From Acidimicrobiales bacterium (GTDB lineage Bacteria; Actinomycetota; Acidimicrobiia; Acidimicrobiales; Bog-793), in NCBI GenBank assembly GCA_050744865.1, contig JBOGHW010000032.1, positions 5,047 through 69,046 of the forward strand: DNA of 64,000 bases. The letters are read 5' to 3'. A program made the position numbers and the translations under genes. A model generated the notes under the pieces. That model worked only from the letters and a program-made list of their open reading frames with translations, was not told the DNA's origin and did not search any database. Positions 8,820 through 17,246 of the stretch are shown in pieces. Each line of letters opens with the position of its first letter. Positions within the stretch are counted from its first letter, which is position 1.

Positions 8820-10358
8820 ATGGATCGGAAGTGGTGGACCCTCGGTGCGGTTTGTGTCGGCACGTTCATGTTGCTGCTCGACCTCACCATCGTGAATGTT
8901 GCCCTGCCCCAGATCGAGCGCTCCTTCGGCGCCTCGCTCTCTGACCTGCAGTGGGTTATCGACGCATATGCGCTGACGCTGGCGGCATTGTTGCTCACGT
9001 CCGGCTCGCTGGCAGACAGGCTCGGTAGGCGGATCGTCTTCGCAGTCGGCCTCGTGATATTCACGCTTGGTTCTCTGCTCTGCGGCGTGTCGACTGACGC
9101 CTTGTTCATAATCCTGGCCCGGGCGTTCCAAGGAATAGGGGGGGCGGTCATGTTCGCCACCTCGCTCGCTCTGCTCGCCAACGCTTTCCAAGGCCGCGAG
9201 CGCGGAACTGCTTTCGCCGTCTACGGCGCTGTGACAGGTCTGGCAGTCGCCGTCGGACCTGTGCTCGGAGGCGTCATCACGAGCGGCCTGACGTGGCGCT
9301 GGATCTTCTTTGTGAACATCCCGATAGGAGCCGTTGCCCTGGCGATCACGCTTCTCAAGGTCGACGAGAGCAAGGTGCAACACCCCGGGAGAATGGACTG
9401 GGTCGGCTTCGCGACGTTCTCGCTTGCCCTGGCTGCACTCGTCTACGGCTTGATCGAGTCCGGCCGCGACGGCTGGGGCTCGAACTCCGTGATAGGTCCG
9501 CTCGTGTTCGCGGGAGTGCTGTTCGTCATCTTCTACCTGGCAGAGGTCCGCCAGAGCCACCCGATGCTCGACTTGTCGCTACTTCGGCTGCCCACCTTCA
9601 CGGGCGGGCTGGTGGCTGCGTTCGGTATGAACGCGGGGCTCTTCGCCCTGTTTACCTACCTGATCATCTACATGCAGAACGTGCTGGGTCTCTCCGCCGT
9701 TGCCACCGGCGTGAGGTTCTTGCTGCTCACTGGTGCCATGTTCGCTACTGCCGGCTTCGCCGGGCGCTTGACGAACAGCATGCCGATCAGATGGCTGATA
9801 GCACCTGGCTTCGTGCTCGTCGGGGTAGGGCTCCTGCTGATGGGCGGCATCACGCCGGCATCGAGCTGGACCCACCTGATCGCCGGGCTCGTCATCTCCG
9901 GCGTCGGGGCAGGCTTCATCAACGTGCCGCTCGCCTCGACTGCTGTCGGCGTAGTCGAGCCCGCTCGCGCCGGAATGGCATCGGGCATCAACTCGACGTT
10001 TCGCCAGGTCGGCACAGCCACCGGGATAGCGGCTCTCGGCTCGATCTTCGCCAGCACGGTTCGCTCGCAAGTGGCAAGCCACCTCGACGCCACGTCGCTG
10101 CGGCCACTGGCTCACAGCATTGCCAATTCCGTCGCGGCCGGAGGTGGGGCACCTGCCGGCACGCCGGCGGCAGGTGCCAGCGTCGTTCGCCCGATTGCCC
10201 TGTCCGGCTTCGTGACAGGCTTGAACGACATCCTGGAAATCGGCGCCGTCCTTTCCTTCCTGGCGGCCGTGGCCTGCGTCTTCCTTATCCGCCAGAAGGA
10301 CTTCCACGCCGCAGCCTCCGGCCAATCCTCGGTCCGCGAGCCGGCTGTCCTAGCCTGA
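8820..10358 (+). CDS. MFS transporter, DHA2 (EmrB/QacA) 14-TMS drug:H+ antiporter type
   Basis: LDLTIVNVALPQI, GSLADRLGRRIVF, 512 aa with about 14 hydrophobic segments. It is divergent from the MarR gene. Confidence 0.9.
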   Translation: MDRKWWTLGAVCVGTFMLLLDLTIVNVALPQIERSFGASLSDLQWVIDAYALTLAALLLTSGSLADRLGRRIVFAVGLVIFTLGSLLCGVSTDALFIILARAFQGIGGAVMFATSLALLANAFQGRERGTAFAVYGAVTGLAVAVGPVLGGVITSGLTWRWIFFVNIPIGAVALAITLLKVDESKVQHPGRMDWVGFATFSLALAALVYGLIESGRDGWGSNSVIGPLVFAGVLFVIFYLAEVRQSHPMLDLSLLRLPTFTGGLVAAFGMNAGLFALFTYLIIYMQNVLGLSAVATGVRFLLLTGAMFATAGFAGRLTNSMPIRWLIAPGFVLVGVGLLLMGGITPASSWTHLIAGLVISGVGAGFINVPLASTAVGVVEPARAGMASGINSTFRQVGTATGIAALGSIFASTVRSQVASHLDATSLRPLAHSIANSVAAGGGAPAGTPAAGASVVRPIALSGFVTGLNDILEIGAVLSFLAAVACVFLIRQKDFHAAASGQSSVREPAVLA

Positions 10359-10435
10359 CAGCAGTCTCATACGCCGCAGCCTCCGGCCAATCCTCGGTCC
10401 GCGAGCCGGCTGTCCTAGCCTGACGGCAGTCTCAG
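10306..10435 (+). repeat. 65-bp x2 tandem duplication spanning the MFS stop codon
   Basis: 10306-10370 and 10371-10435 are identical at 63 of 65 positions. The MFS TGA (10356-10358) lies in copy 1. Confidence 0.95.
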
Positions 10436-10520
10436 GGGAAGTTACTCTCGACCCTCGACTAAGGGCGGCGCCGCACGGACGCTTAGGCTCTTCTGGCTGT
10501 CGGGTTCACTGCTGGCTGGG

Positions 10521-10550
10521 GGATCGATCACCGGCGGATCGATCACCGGC
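10521..10550. repeat. 15-bp x2 tandem duplication, intergenic
   Basis: ggatcgatcaccggc at 10521-10535 and 10536-10550. Confidence 0.9.
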
Positions 10551-10689
10551 GACTCGTCCCGACTCGCGGTCTAAGGCCCGCTCCGGGAGCGACTCTCTCG
10601 GCCCAGGCCGCGTCACCAAGTCGGCGCCTGCGCCTGAGCAGATGGTGGCAAGCGCGCCGCCGAACCGGTCGGCTGGCGGCTACTGCGCC

Positions 10690-10837
10690 GCCGTGCCTGT
10701 GGTCGTCGCCGTGCTGGCGGTTACGGCGCGTTGTGCGGAGGTCGTCGCCGTGCTGGCGGTTACGGCGCGTTGTGGAGGTCGTCGCCGTGCTGGCGGTTAC
10801 GGCGTCGTTGTGCCCGTGGTCGTCGCCGTGCTGGCGG
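10690..10837 (-). repeat. ~37-41-bp tandem array (about 4 copies) spanning the UPF0182 stop codon
   Basis: gtcgtcgccgtgctggcggttacggcg... starts at 10702, 10741, 10778 and 10819. The TAA stop (10797-10799, minus strand) lies in copy 3; copies 1-2 are downstream of the gene and copy 4 is coding (Thr-rich tail). Confidence 0.9.
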
Positions 10838-13784
10838 TGCTGGTGGTGGTTGGCGTGGTGGTGGTTGTGGTGGTGGTTGTGGTTGTGGTCGACGTGGTGC
10901 CCGACCCAGATGACGGTGACGAGCCTTTCTTGCCGAGAGTAGCCAGCTGGGACTCAGCTTCGGAAAGCAACTGCTGGACCTTCTGCGAGTCCGACCCATA
11001 GGCGGCCCAGTCGCCGGACTTGGCCGCTGAGACAGCTTGACCCTCAAGCGTGTTGGCCTCGTCGATCTCGGCCGTGATCTCCGCCGGGATGCTGGTTGGT
11101 CCTGTTGAGCCGACGTGCCCGGCGGGAGACCCGAACAGGTTGGCGAGCACCCCGCTGCTCCCGGTGAAGGTAGCTTCGACGACGACCTTGGACCCGTAGA
11201 CCGCTGCTACGTCGAACAGCTGTGGGAGCGGGTTGCTCGACGAGGTGGAGAAGAACGCCTTCACGTACAGCAACGAGTTGTCGATCGGCACGAGCAGTGT
11301 CGGGCCGCTGACAACTTTTGACCCGTGTTGGTCGAGCTGCGTGATCTTCTGCGACAGGGTCGGGGTGGCGATGATCCGGGCGTTCGCAAGGGCCGGGCCG
11401 AGCACGACGGAATTGCCCTGGGGCACCGCGAACGACGTCAATTGCCCGTATGTGGACGCGCTGCAGCTGGCGACCATGAAGTCGGTGAGGTTCTGTGCGG
11501 AGGCTTGCGAAGACTGAGGCACCAGAGGTAAGTAGACGTCGAAGGTTGGAGTCGCCGACGCTGTCGTCCCTCCTGGGTCAGTCGTTCCCGGCAGCGCCAG
11601 CAGCTGGTAGGTCGGCTGAACGTAAGGGGCCGAGTTGCCGGCCGACGACTGCGCCACTGCCCAGGCAGCCTCGTTGTTGTAGAACTCCTGGGCGTCCTTG
11701 GCGCTGATGTGGTACTTCCCGTACATGGTCGCCTCGACCGTGAGGAGATTTTGCGGGTAGCGGAGGTGCTGCTGCAGCACCTCCGGCATGTCGCTGAGCG
11801 GGTGGAACTTCCCCGGGAAGATTCGCTCCCAGGCCTGCAGGATCGGATCGCTCGGATCCACGTCGTAGAACGTCACCTGTCCGGTGTAGGCGTCGACGAC
11901 TGCCTTGACGGAGTTCCGCACGTAGTTGTAGCTGCCGTTGAGCCCGCTGTTCGAGGGCAGCGCCTTGGTGTCAACGGGCTGCGAATACGGGTAGTTGCTG
12001 GAAGTCGTGTACGCGTCGACCACCCAGTCGATATGGCCGGACACGACCACCGGGTACGGATTCGAATCGACCTTGAGAAACGGCGCCGCCTTCTGCACAA
12101 GAGTCCTGACGTCCTGGTTGTACATAATCCGCGAACTCGGGGTCACGAGCTTTGAGACGAGCAAGTTGAAGTCGTGGAAGTTGAGGGCAAAGGCGGCCCG
12201 CTGCCAGAAGCCGCCGACTCGGATCCCGCCACTCCCCTCGTAGCGGCTGTTGACTACCGTGTTGCCAGCCTGGTAGTCGAATTCGGCCTGCGAGGTGTCG
12301 ACCACCACATAACCGCTCTCGCCTACGCCGTAGTAAACGTCCGGCTCTGTCAAGCTCGGCGCGCCTGAAGACGAAGTTGCCGGGACGCTCCCCATCACGA
12401 ACGGCGTCTGTGACGCCTCAGAATTGGCGGGAGCCATGACAACTCCGTAGCCGTGCGTGAAGACGAGGTGGCTGTTGACCCAGGTGTTACGGTTCAGGGT
12501 GCCGGATGATACTTCGCGCACGCCGACCACTACTGGTGTCACCTGGGTCGTGCTGTTCTCCTCCAGTGGGTATCTGTCAAGTGCGACTCCGTTGACTGAG
12601 TAGTAACCCTCTTTCTTTTCCTCGTTCTCGAACAGTGTCCCCGCCACCGACGGGTCCCACAGGTCGATGTCATCGAGAGACTGGTTGTACACCTCATTTA
12701 CTACGCCTTGTGTGACATTGCTGTCGGCATCGAACGGCACCGTCTTCACGGCGTTCAGGTTGTATGCGGCTTGCGTAGCCGAGACGTTACGCGCCAGATA
12801 GGTCGTCTCGAGCGTGCTCTGGGCAGGCGTGACACGCAGCCACTGGACCGCCGCCGGGAAGATCACTCCTACCCCGATGGCGACGAAGGCCCAAATGCCG
12901 GCACCAACCGCCGGGAGTAGCCACCCGCGGGCATAGACGTTGTAGACGAACAAGGCAAAGGAGGCCAGGGCGACCACCACGAGCAGTTCCAGGGCTGGGA
13001 GTCGCACATGGATCGCCGTGTAGCCGGCACCTTGCCCACCGGTGATAATGCCGTTCGGCGTGAGGTCTAGCTCGAAGCGATCCACGTAGAAGTAAGCCGC
13101 CGCCCTGAGGAGTGCCATCGCGGCAAGGATGACCGACAAGTGAGACGTGGCTCGAGGGTCGATACGCGGTGACGGCCCGGAGAAGCGGACTCCCCCGTTG
13201 AGGTAGTACGCCGCGACGCATACGATGAACAGCACGATCAGCGCAACTTGGGTCCAGTCGACCAGAAACGAAAGAAATGGCAGCTTGAACACATAGAAGC
13301 CAACATCACGATGAAATTCCGGATCCGTCACTCCGAAGCTCCCACCATGCAGGAAGAGGAGCCAGTTCTGCCACTGACCGGACGCACCCGAGCCGACGGC
13401 CAGCGCGACGAAGAAAGAGATCACTGTCCGCAGGGCAAACTTGTGCCTGCCGACTATCGTCTGGTAGCGGCGGATGAGCTCCTGCTCTGGAGCCATGAAC
13501 AAAGCTCGCCTGGCGACTCGGTCGACAATCAGCAAGCTGATCCAGCAAGCCAGGAAGAAAATCCCTGAGAAGAACAGGTCGAGCTCGGCCCTCGTCAGCG
13601 TCATGGATCGCCAGACGTCGTCGCTGCCTACCGAGCGGAACCAGAGGTAGTTCGTGAACAGCGACGCCACCTGCTCCACGGCGATCACGGCGATGATGAC
13701 GAGAATGACAATGGCGATGAGGACAACTTGGTAACGCCTGATCAAGCGACCGGTCGGGAGAGCGGCGTCGCTGGGAACCCTCAT
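10797..13784 (-). CDS. UPF0182 family large membrane protein (Rv3193c/Rv0064-like) with poly-Thr C-terminal tail
   Basis: YLWFRSVG, LFLHGGSFGVTDPEFHRDVGFYVFKLPF, WVNSHLVFTHGYGVVMAPAN, VDAYTTSSNYPYSQP, YVRNSVKAVVDAYTGQVTFY, HLRYPQNL. The ATG is at 13784, 10 nt after the upstream stop. The tail is ...SGTTSTTTTTTTTTTTTPTTTSTASTATTTGTTTP. Confidence 0.9.
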   Translation of the reverse strand: MRVPSDAALPTGRLIRRYQVVLIAIVILVIIAVIAVEQVASLFTNYLWFRSVGSDDVWRSMTLTRAELDLFFSGIFFLACWISLLIVDRVARRALFMAPEQELIRRYQTIVGRHKFALRTVISFFVALAVGSGASGQWQNWLLFLHGGSFGVTDPEFHRDVGFYVFKLPFLSFLVDWTQVALIVLFIVCVAAYYLNGGVRFSGPSPRIDPRATSHLSVILAAMALLRAAAYFYVDRFELDLTPNGIITGGQGAGYTAIHVRLPALELLVVVALASFALFVYNVYARGWLLPAVGAGIWAFVAIGVGVIFPAAVQWLRVTPAQSTLETTYLARNVSATQAAYNLNAVKTVPFDADSNVTQGVVNEVYNQSLDDIDLWDPSVAGTLFENEEKKEGYYSVNGVALDRYPLEENSTTQVTPVVVGVREVSSGTLNRNTWVNSHLVFTHGYGVVMAPANSEASQTPFVMGSVPATSSSGAPSLTEPDVYYGVGESGYVVVDTSQAEFDYQAGNTVVNSRYEGSGGIRVGGFWQRAAFALNFHDFNLLVSKLVTPSSRIMYNQDVRTLVQKAAPFLKVDSNPYPVVVSGHIDWVVDAYTTSSNYPYSQPVDTKALPSNSGLNGSYNYVRNSVKAVVDAYTGQVTFYDVDPSDPILQAWERIFPGKFHPLSDMPEVLQQHLRYPQNLLTVEATMYGKYHISAKDAQEFYNNEAAWAVAQSSAGNSAPYVQPTYQLLALPGTTDPGGTTASATPTFDVYLPLVPQSSQASAQNLTDFMVASCSASTYGQLTSFAVPQGNSVVLGPALANARIIATPTLSQKITQLDQHGSKVVSGPTLLVPIDNSLLYVKAFFSTSSSNPLPQLFDVAAVYGSKVVVEATFTGSSGVLANLFGSPAGHVGSTGPTSIPAEITAEIDEANTLEGQAVSAAKSGDWAAYGSDSQKVQQLLSEAESQLATLGKKGSSPSSGSGTTSTTTTTTTTTTTTPTTTSTASTATTTGTTTP

Positions 13785-13794
13785 CGGAGAAGCG

Positions 13795-15954
13795 TCACTC
13801 GCTTCGCACGAGCAGGCAACGGCAGCCAGGGTGAACCGGTGGGTGCACCTGCCCGGTCGGGAACTCGGCACCGGCCAGCGTGTCGCCGGCAAGACTGTTG
13901 TCGTCGCAATCCGGGCAAGGTTGGCCGTTGTCGTCCACCAGCCAGATGACCGATTGGCCCTCGCCCGCCGATATTGCGCCTGCGGAGAAGGCACGCGTGG
14001 CGTAGTCGCCGGCACTGCCTTCTATGCGAGAGCCCTTCCACTCCCGGTAGGCGGCGCCGGCGGCATCCTGGGCACCGTCGCCCACCTCGGCGAGACCACC
14101 GAGCGACTCGGTCAACCTGTGGCGGAGCAGCCCGACAAGGTCGTCCGCGAGCTCGTCGGCCAAGCTGCGGCCGGTCTCGTTGGCACGGGCGTGGACGGCG
14201 GCGTCGTCGAGGATGCCCGCTGGCTCGTTGCCAAGCCACGGCCGGCCGGCCAGCCAGGCCTCACGGAGGACTGAGGCAGCAGCTCTGGCATAGCGCTCTC
14301 GCTGAGCGTTTCTCGGCAGCAGCTCATCGAGCTGAGGTGCCCCGGAGGAATGACGGATAGCGTCGAGAAGCTCGTTCTGGTCGTCCTGGAGCGCTCGCTT
14401 GAGCGCCCGCGAGAGCCTCGTCATGATAGGCACCAAAGCCGCATCTCGCTTGATGAATGCCGCTTTGGTGCCATCGGACCTGGCTCCGGCGGGATCGGCG
14501 ACGGCTCCGGCAGGATCGATCAGCGCCGAGTCGGCTGCTTCGAGATCCGCCTGGGCAGAAGGCGCCTCTTGGTCGTCCTCGCTGCCCGACCGGATGCGAG
14601 CAAAGATCTCGTCCACGGCGCTGCGGGTCTCGCCCTGGCCAGCCAAATCGTCACCCTGCCCTGGGGCGCCGTGTTCAGCACCCGCAGGCTTGCCTGCGTC
14701 GTCCGGCCCGATGACAACGCCGTCGTCGGTGTGAGCTGCATCGTCGGTGTGAGCTGCATCGTCGGCCGACACACGCGCAAGGGCGGATTCGGGCTCATCG
14801 CCTACCGCCGCGCCAGCCTCAGCACCGCTGTCCTCGTCCACGGCGCCAATCCCCGGGGCGCCGTCGCCAGCCTCGGGGACGACGGCACTCTCGCCGCCGC
14901 CACTCTCGCTAGCGGTACTCTCGTCGGCACTGTCGCCACCGGCACTCTCGCCACCGGCACTCTCGCCACCGGCACTCTCCACGGCACTCTCGCCACCGGC
15001 ACTCTCCACGGCGCTCTCGCCACCGGCACTCGCGCCGGCACTCCCGCCGCCACTCTCGCTGCCGGCAGGCGTTGGCAGGTCCGCCTCTAGGAGTGCCTCG
15101 ACTTCTTCGTCACTTCCCTCGCTCTCGTCGTCAAAATCGTCGAAGGCGTCGGCGGCATGCTCGGCCCGCTGGCCGGCTTCGGCAGCCGCCACCCTCGCCT
15201 CGTGCTCGGCGCCGGCCAGACCGCCGCGGACGGCCTCCACAGCTTCGGCAACCGTCTCGACGACCTCGACAAGGTGGTCCCGGCCCGAGCGCAGCTGTTC
15301 GAGCTGGACATAGAGGGCTCTCCGCTGCTCGGCGAGGTCTGTCAGCGTGGCCGTCCGGCGATCCCGAGCCTGGCTGATCATCTGCCTGGCTCGTCGTTGG
15401 GCCGCCCCCACCAACGCAGTCGCCGAAGCTTGAGCGGTCGAAGTCACCTGCTCGGCCTCGGTCTCGGCGGCTTCCCTCACTTCGGCTGCCTTGGCTGAGG
15501 CGGCGGCTTCGATTGCCACGACCTCGGCCTGAGCCGCCTCTCGTACACGAACGCTCTCCTCTTCGGCAGCCGCAGCTCGCTCGGATGCCTGCGCTTCGGC
15601 ACCGGCGATCAGCTCCGCCGCTGTCCCTTCGGCCTTGGCCAACACGTCCCGCGCGGCATCGTGAGCCGCCTGAAGGATGCGCGCCGTCTCGGTTCCGACG
15701 GCTTGCATGAGCGTCTGCTCGTCGAGCACAGGCGGTTCCGCCGCCCTCCGCTCGACGTCGGCGAGGAGCCGCCGCAGCTGCGCCTCCTTGTCACTGAAGG
15801 CGCGCACCTCCTCGGCGAGCATCTCGAGGTAGCGCCGCACTGCCTCGGGGTCGGCCCCTTTTCGCACGGTTGGGAACGTCCGGCGCGGGATCTCCTCAGG
15901 GTTGAGGGCGGCGTTGGAGGATATGGACATAACGCGTGGCTCGTCGGGGGCCAT
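13795..15954 (-). CDS. DivIVA-domain / coiled-coil / acidic-repeat protein with C-terminal MuF (SPP1 gp7)-like domain
   Basis: N-terminus RRTFPTVRKGADPEAVRRYLEMLAEEV (DivIVA signature). Long Ala/Glu-rich helical region. Acidic repeats (GGESAVESA.., DDAAHTDDAAHT). C-terminus ...WLVDDNGQPCPDCDDNSLAG...FPTGQVHPPVHPGCRCLLV. An alternative ATG is at 15930. Confidence 0.75.
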   Translation of the reverse strand: MAPDEPRVMSISSNAALNPEEIPRRTFPTVRKGADPEAVRRYLEMLAEEVRAFSDKEAQLRRLLADVERRAAEPPVLDEQTLMQAVGTETARILQAAHDAARDVLAKAEGTAAELIAGAEAQASERAAAAEEESVRVREAAQAEVVAIEAAASAKAAEVREAAETEAEQVTSTAQASATALVGAAQRRARQMISQARDRRTATLTDLAEQRRALYVQLEQLRSGRDHLVEVVETVAEAVEAVRGGLAGAEHEARVAAAEAGQRAEHAADAFDDFDDESEGSDEEVEALLEADLPTPAGSESGGGSAGASAGGESAVESAGGESAVESAGGESAGGESAGGDSADESTASESGGGESAVVPEAGDGAPGIGAVDEDSGAEAGAAVGDEPESALARVSADDAAHTDDAAHTDDGVVIGPDDAGKPAGAEHGAPGQGDDLAGQGETRSAVDEIFARIRSGSEDDQEAPSAQADLEAADSALIDPAGAVADPAGARSDGTKAAFIKRDAALVPIMTRLSRALKRALQDDQNELLDAIRHSSGAPQLDELLPRNAQRERYARAAASVLREAWLAGRPWLGNEPAGILDDAAVHARANETGRSLADELADDLVGLLRHRLTESLGGLAEVGDGAQDAAGAAYREWKGSRIEGSAGDYATRAFSAGAISAGEGQSVIWLVDDNGQPCPDCDDNSLAGDTLAGAEFPTGQVHPPVHPGCRCLLVRSE
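14725..14760 (-). repeat. 18-bp x2 in-frame tandem duplication
   Basis: gtcggtgtgagctgcatc at 14725-14742 and 14743-14760; encodes DDAAHT DDAAHT. Confidence 0.9.
14881..15060 (-). repeat. in-frame short-unit tandem repeats (15- and 27-bp units) encoding Gly/Glu/Ser/Ala acidic repeats
   Basis: Repeated ggcactctcgccacc and ggcactctccacggcactctcgccacc units; translation is GGESAVESAGGESAVESAGGESAGGESAGGDSA. Confidence 0.85.
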
Positions 15955-15983
15955 TACGACAGACTAGGGCCACAGGCCGCCCC

Positions 15984-17234
15984 TTATGAAGCGCCCGGCT
16001 TGACGATCTTTCCGCCGTGACTCTCGAGCACCTTGAGCGCCTCGGTGATGCTCGACACGGAATAGATCTTCAGCGACGGGCCGGCGTACTTCTCGGCCTC
16101 GGCGTAGTTGCCGGGTGGGACGAGGAAGATCTTGGCTCCGGCTGCCCGCACCGCGAAGGTCTTCTGTTCGATGCCTCCGATCTCGCCCACCTGCCCGTTG
16201 ATGGACATCGTGCCGGTGCAGGCCACCTTCAGGCCGCCTGTCAAGTCGGCGGTATCGAGCTTCTGCATCAACCCGAGAGTGAAGGCGAGGCCCGCCGAAG
16301 GCCCGATGATGCCCTCGCTGCTGAGGTCGACCGCGAATGGGAGCTTGCTGATGTCGTACGACTGCTCCACGTTCAACAACCCGACGCAGGACGCCGGAGA
16401 GACCTTCTGCCCCTTTGCCGGTACGTAGAACTGCCCGTTCTTGTCGCCGAGCAGCGGCAGCGATGTCTTGACATCCGTCGGGACACAATCGGGTGTGGCG
16501 TTGGCGCCGGTGCCGAGGATGCGCCAGGTGCCGAGCTTGAAGGTTGCTTGCCTGGAGCCGCCCTTGGCGTACGGCCGGTACGTCAAGGTGACGCCGGAAC
16601 CGGGGGCACGCCCGGCGAGCGCGTCCGTCAAGGATGTCAACGTCGCCACCGGCTTGGAATCGACGGCGATTATGACGTCACCGACGCTGAGCGCCGTGGC
16701 CGCGGGCGAACCGGGGCCGATCTCGTAGACGAGGTCGCCGTTCTCCGACACAGTGACGCTGTAGCCGAGCTCTCGCAGCGCCACGACTTGTGCCGCCTGC
16801 TGGGCGTCCGCCATGTCCAAGACACCTTCGATGTAGGCCTGGGCGTTGGTCTCGGGCCCCTGCAGAGCCTGCGAAGAGATGATCGTCGCATGGTCGTCCA
16901 GCTTGAAGTAGAGGAAGTCGATGGCACGAAGCGGTGTCTCCTCGACGTCAACGAGGTTGACGCTGCCGGAGTGGTTGTGATCGAGGGAGCCGGGAACTTT
17001 GATCAGGAGCCCGACGTTCTGGGCGCTGCCGGGCGTAAGGGCGTAGTAAGGCAGGGACACGAACGACGAAACGACGGCCAGGATGAGCACGAGGGCCACC
17101 ACCCCCAGCACGACTCGACCCTTGGTAAACCGCCGCCGGCGGGGAGCGGGTATGGGCACGCCCTCCCCCGCTGAGGCACCCGCTGTGTCGTCGGGGCCGG
17201 GCGCGGTACCTAGGCTGTCGGCATCGATGCTCAC
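15984..17234 (-). CDS. membrane-anchored PDZ + Lon-like (S16) serine protease (Rv3194c-like)
   Basis: N-terminal TM (VVLGVVALVLILAVV), PDZ (GSPAATALSVGDVIIAVDSKPV), Lon catalytic Ser motif IIGPSAGLAFTLGL and Lys region GGIEQKTFAVRAAGAKIFLVP. GTG start at 17234. Confidence 0.85.
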   Translation of the reverse strand: MSIDADSLGTAPGPDDTAGASAGEGVPIPAPRRRRFTKGRVVLGVVALVLILAVVSSFVSLPYYALTPGSAQNVGLLIKVPGSLDHNHSGSVNLVDVEETPLRAIDFLYFKLDDHATIISSQALQGPETNAQAYIEGVLDMADAQQAAQVVALRELGYSVTVSENGDLVYEIGPGSPAATALSVGDVIIAVDSKPVATLTSLTDALAGRAPGSGVTLTYRPYAKGGSRQATFKLGTWRILGTGANATPDCVPTDVKTSLPLLGDKNGQFYVPAKGQKVSPASCVGLLNVEQSYDISKLPFAVDLSSEGIIGPSAGLAFTLGLMQKLDTADLTGGLKVACTGTMSINGQVGEIGGIEQKTFAVRAAGAKIFLVPPGNYAEAEKYAGPSLKIYSVSSITEALKVLESHGGKIVKPGAS

Positions 17235-17246
17235 GACGGATCAGCC

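Noticed and set aside
8772-9560. N-terminal 263-codon extension of the MarR ORF (ORF track 7863..9560)
   Set aside because: The extension is antisense to the well-supported MFS gene and has junk composition. The MarR homology starts at ATG 8771.
10440-10640. tRNA or small RNA gene in the 440-bp convergent spacer (contains GGGTTCACTG)
   Set aside because: No cloverleaf can be drawn: there is no T-loop GTTCGAATC context, no acceptor-stem complementarity and no anticodon-arm pairing. The region is better explained by degenerate tandem repeats.
10642-11001. 119-aa plus-strand ORF with a poly-Val run (VVVVVVVVVVVV)
   Set aside because: It is the antisense reading of the poly-Thr tail and the repeat array of the UPF0182 gene.
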